64,000 bases of DNA, from positions 28,978,150-29,042,149 of the forward strand of contig JAUZTB010000066.1 of the NCBI GenBank assembly GCA_034780895.1, written 5' to 3'. Under the pieces are notes generated by a model. That model made no database searches. It worked only from the letters and a program-made list of their open reading frames with translations, and was not told where the DNA came from. Shown here piece after piece: positions 63,531 through 64,000 of the stretch (position 1 is its first letter; each line of letters opens with the position of its first letter). The DNA is from Rhynchobatus australiae. Lineage: Eukaryota. A program made the position numbers and the translations under genes.

Positions 63531-64000
63531 TTTGAGAAATACAAGACAAGAAAATGTCAGAGCGTCAGTTTTGGGTGTAATTCTGCAATGATTGTGTCAT
63601 CCTTCTGCAGAGCCACTAGCCAACTAACACTTGGTGCTTTTTTTTGAACTGTAACACCAACACAGCTCATTTAATTACCATTAGTGTTGTAATCAGAAAC
63701 ATCAGTTTGTCTCAGTCCACATTTTAAGAATGGCCACTTAGGCAAAGTCAGAGAGAGATCTGGCAAAAGGCAAATCCAAGAAGAGACGTCACCCGGACAA
63801 GAGAAAGAATGTGAAAACATTGACAATATTGAAAACAACATTGAGCATATTTGCAGCTGCCCAGAATTAACAAGTAATACAGCAAGAATTGCAATAGAGG
63901 ATACAATTAGCTACTGAAACAATCCAAAAATTCCAGACAGGCCAGGCTGTTATGTGGTGGACAATGATGTTTTCAACTGAAGGTAATTAACAATACCAGC

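Overview
Eukaryotic, intron-rich vertebrate DNA with many N gaps. The repeat families (V-domain tRNA-SINEs, CR1, Rex1/Babar, Penelope-like, Harbinger) point to a cartilaginous fish, probably a batoid; the taxon is an inference. The window lies inside one minus-strand gene, HIP1 (huntingtin-interacting protein 1). Nine GT-AG exons (62970 down to 6105) splice in frame to 810 nt / 270 aa. They cover the end of the ANTH domain, the clathrin/AP-2-binding linker and the start of the coiled coil. Both gene ends lie outside what I could identify. The introns are filled with decayed retroelements and DNA-transposon remnants. Most notable non-coding signals: (1) about nine Penelope-like terminal repeats carrying a minimal hammerhead-ribozyme motif, one with an intact core in sense with the HIP1 pre-mRNA; (2) a SINE whose copies share head and core but carry either a CR1-type or a Rex1-type tail; (3) a likely small inversion with an inverted breakpoint duplication; (4) a foldback-initiated minisatellite fused to a Penelope fragment; (5) Harbinger nuclease and Myb/SANT remnants. 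Repeat boundaries are read by eye and approximate. Family names come from remembered motifs, not database searches.
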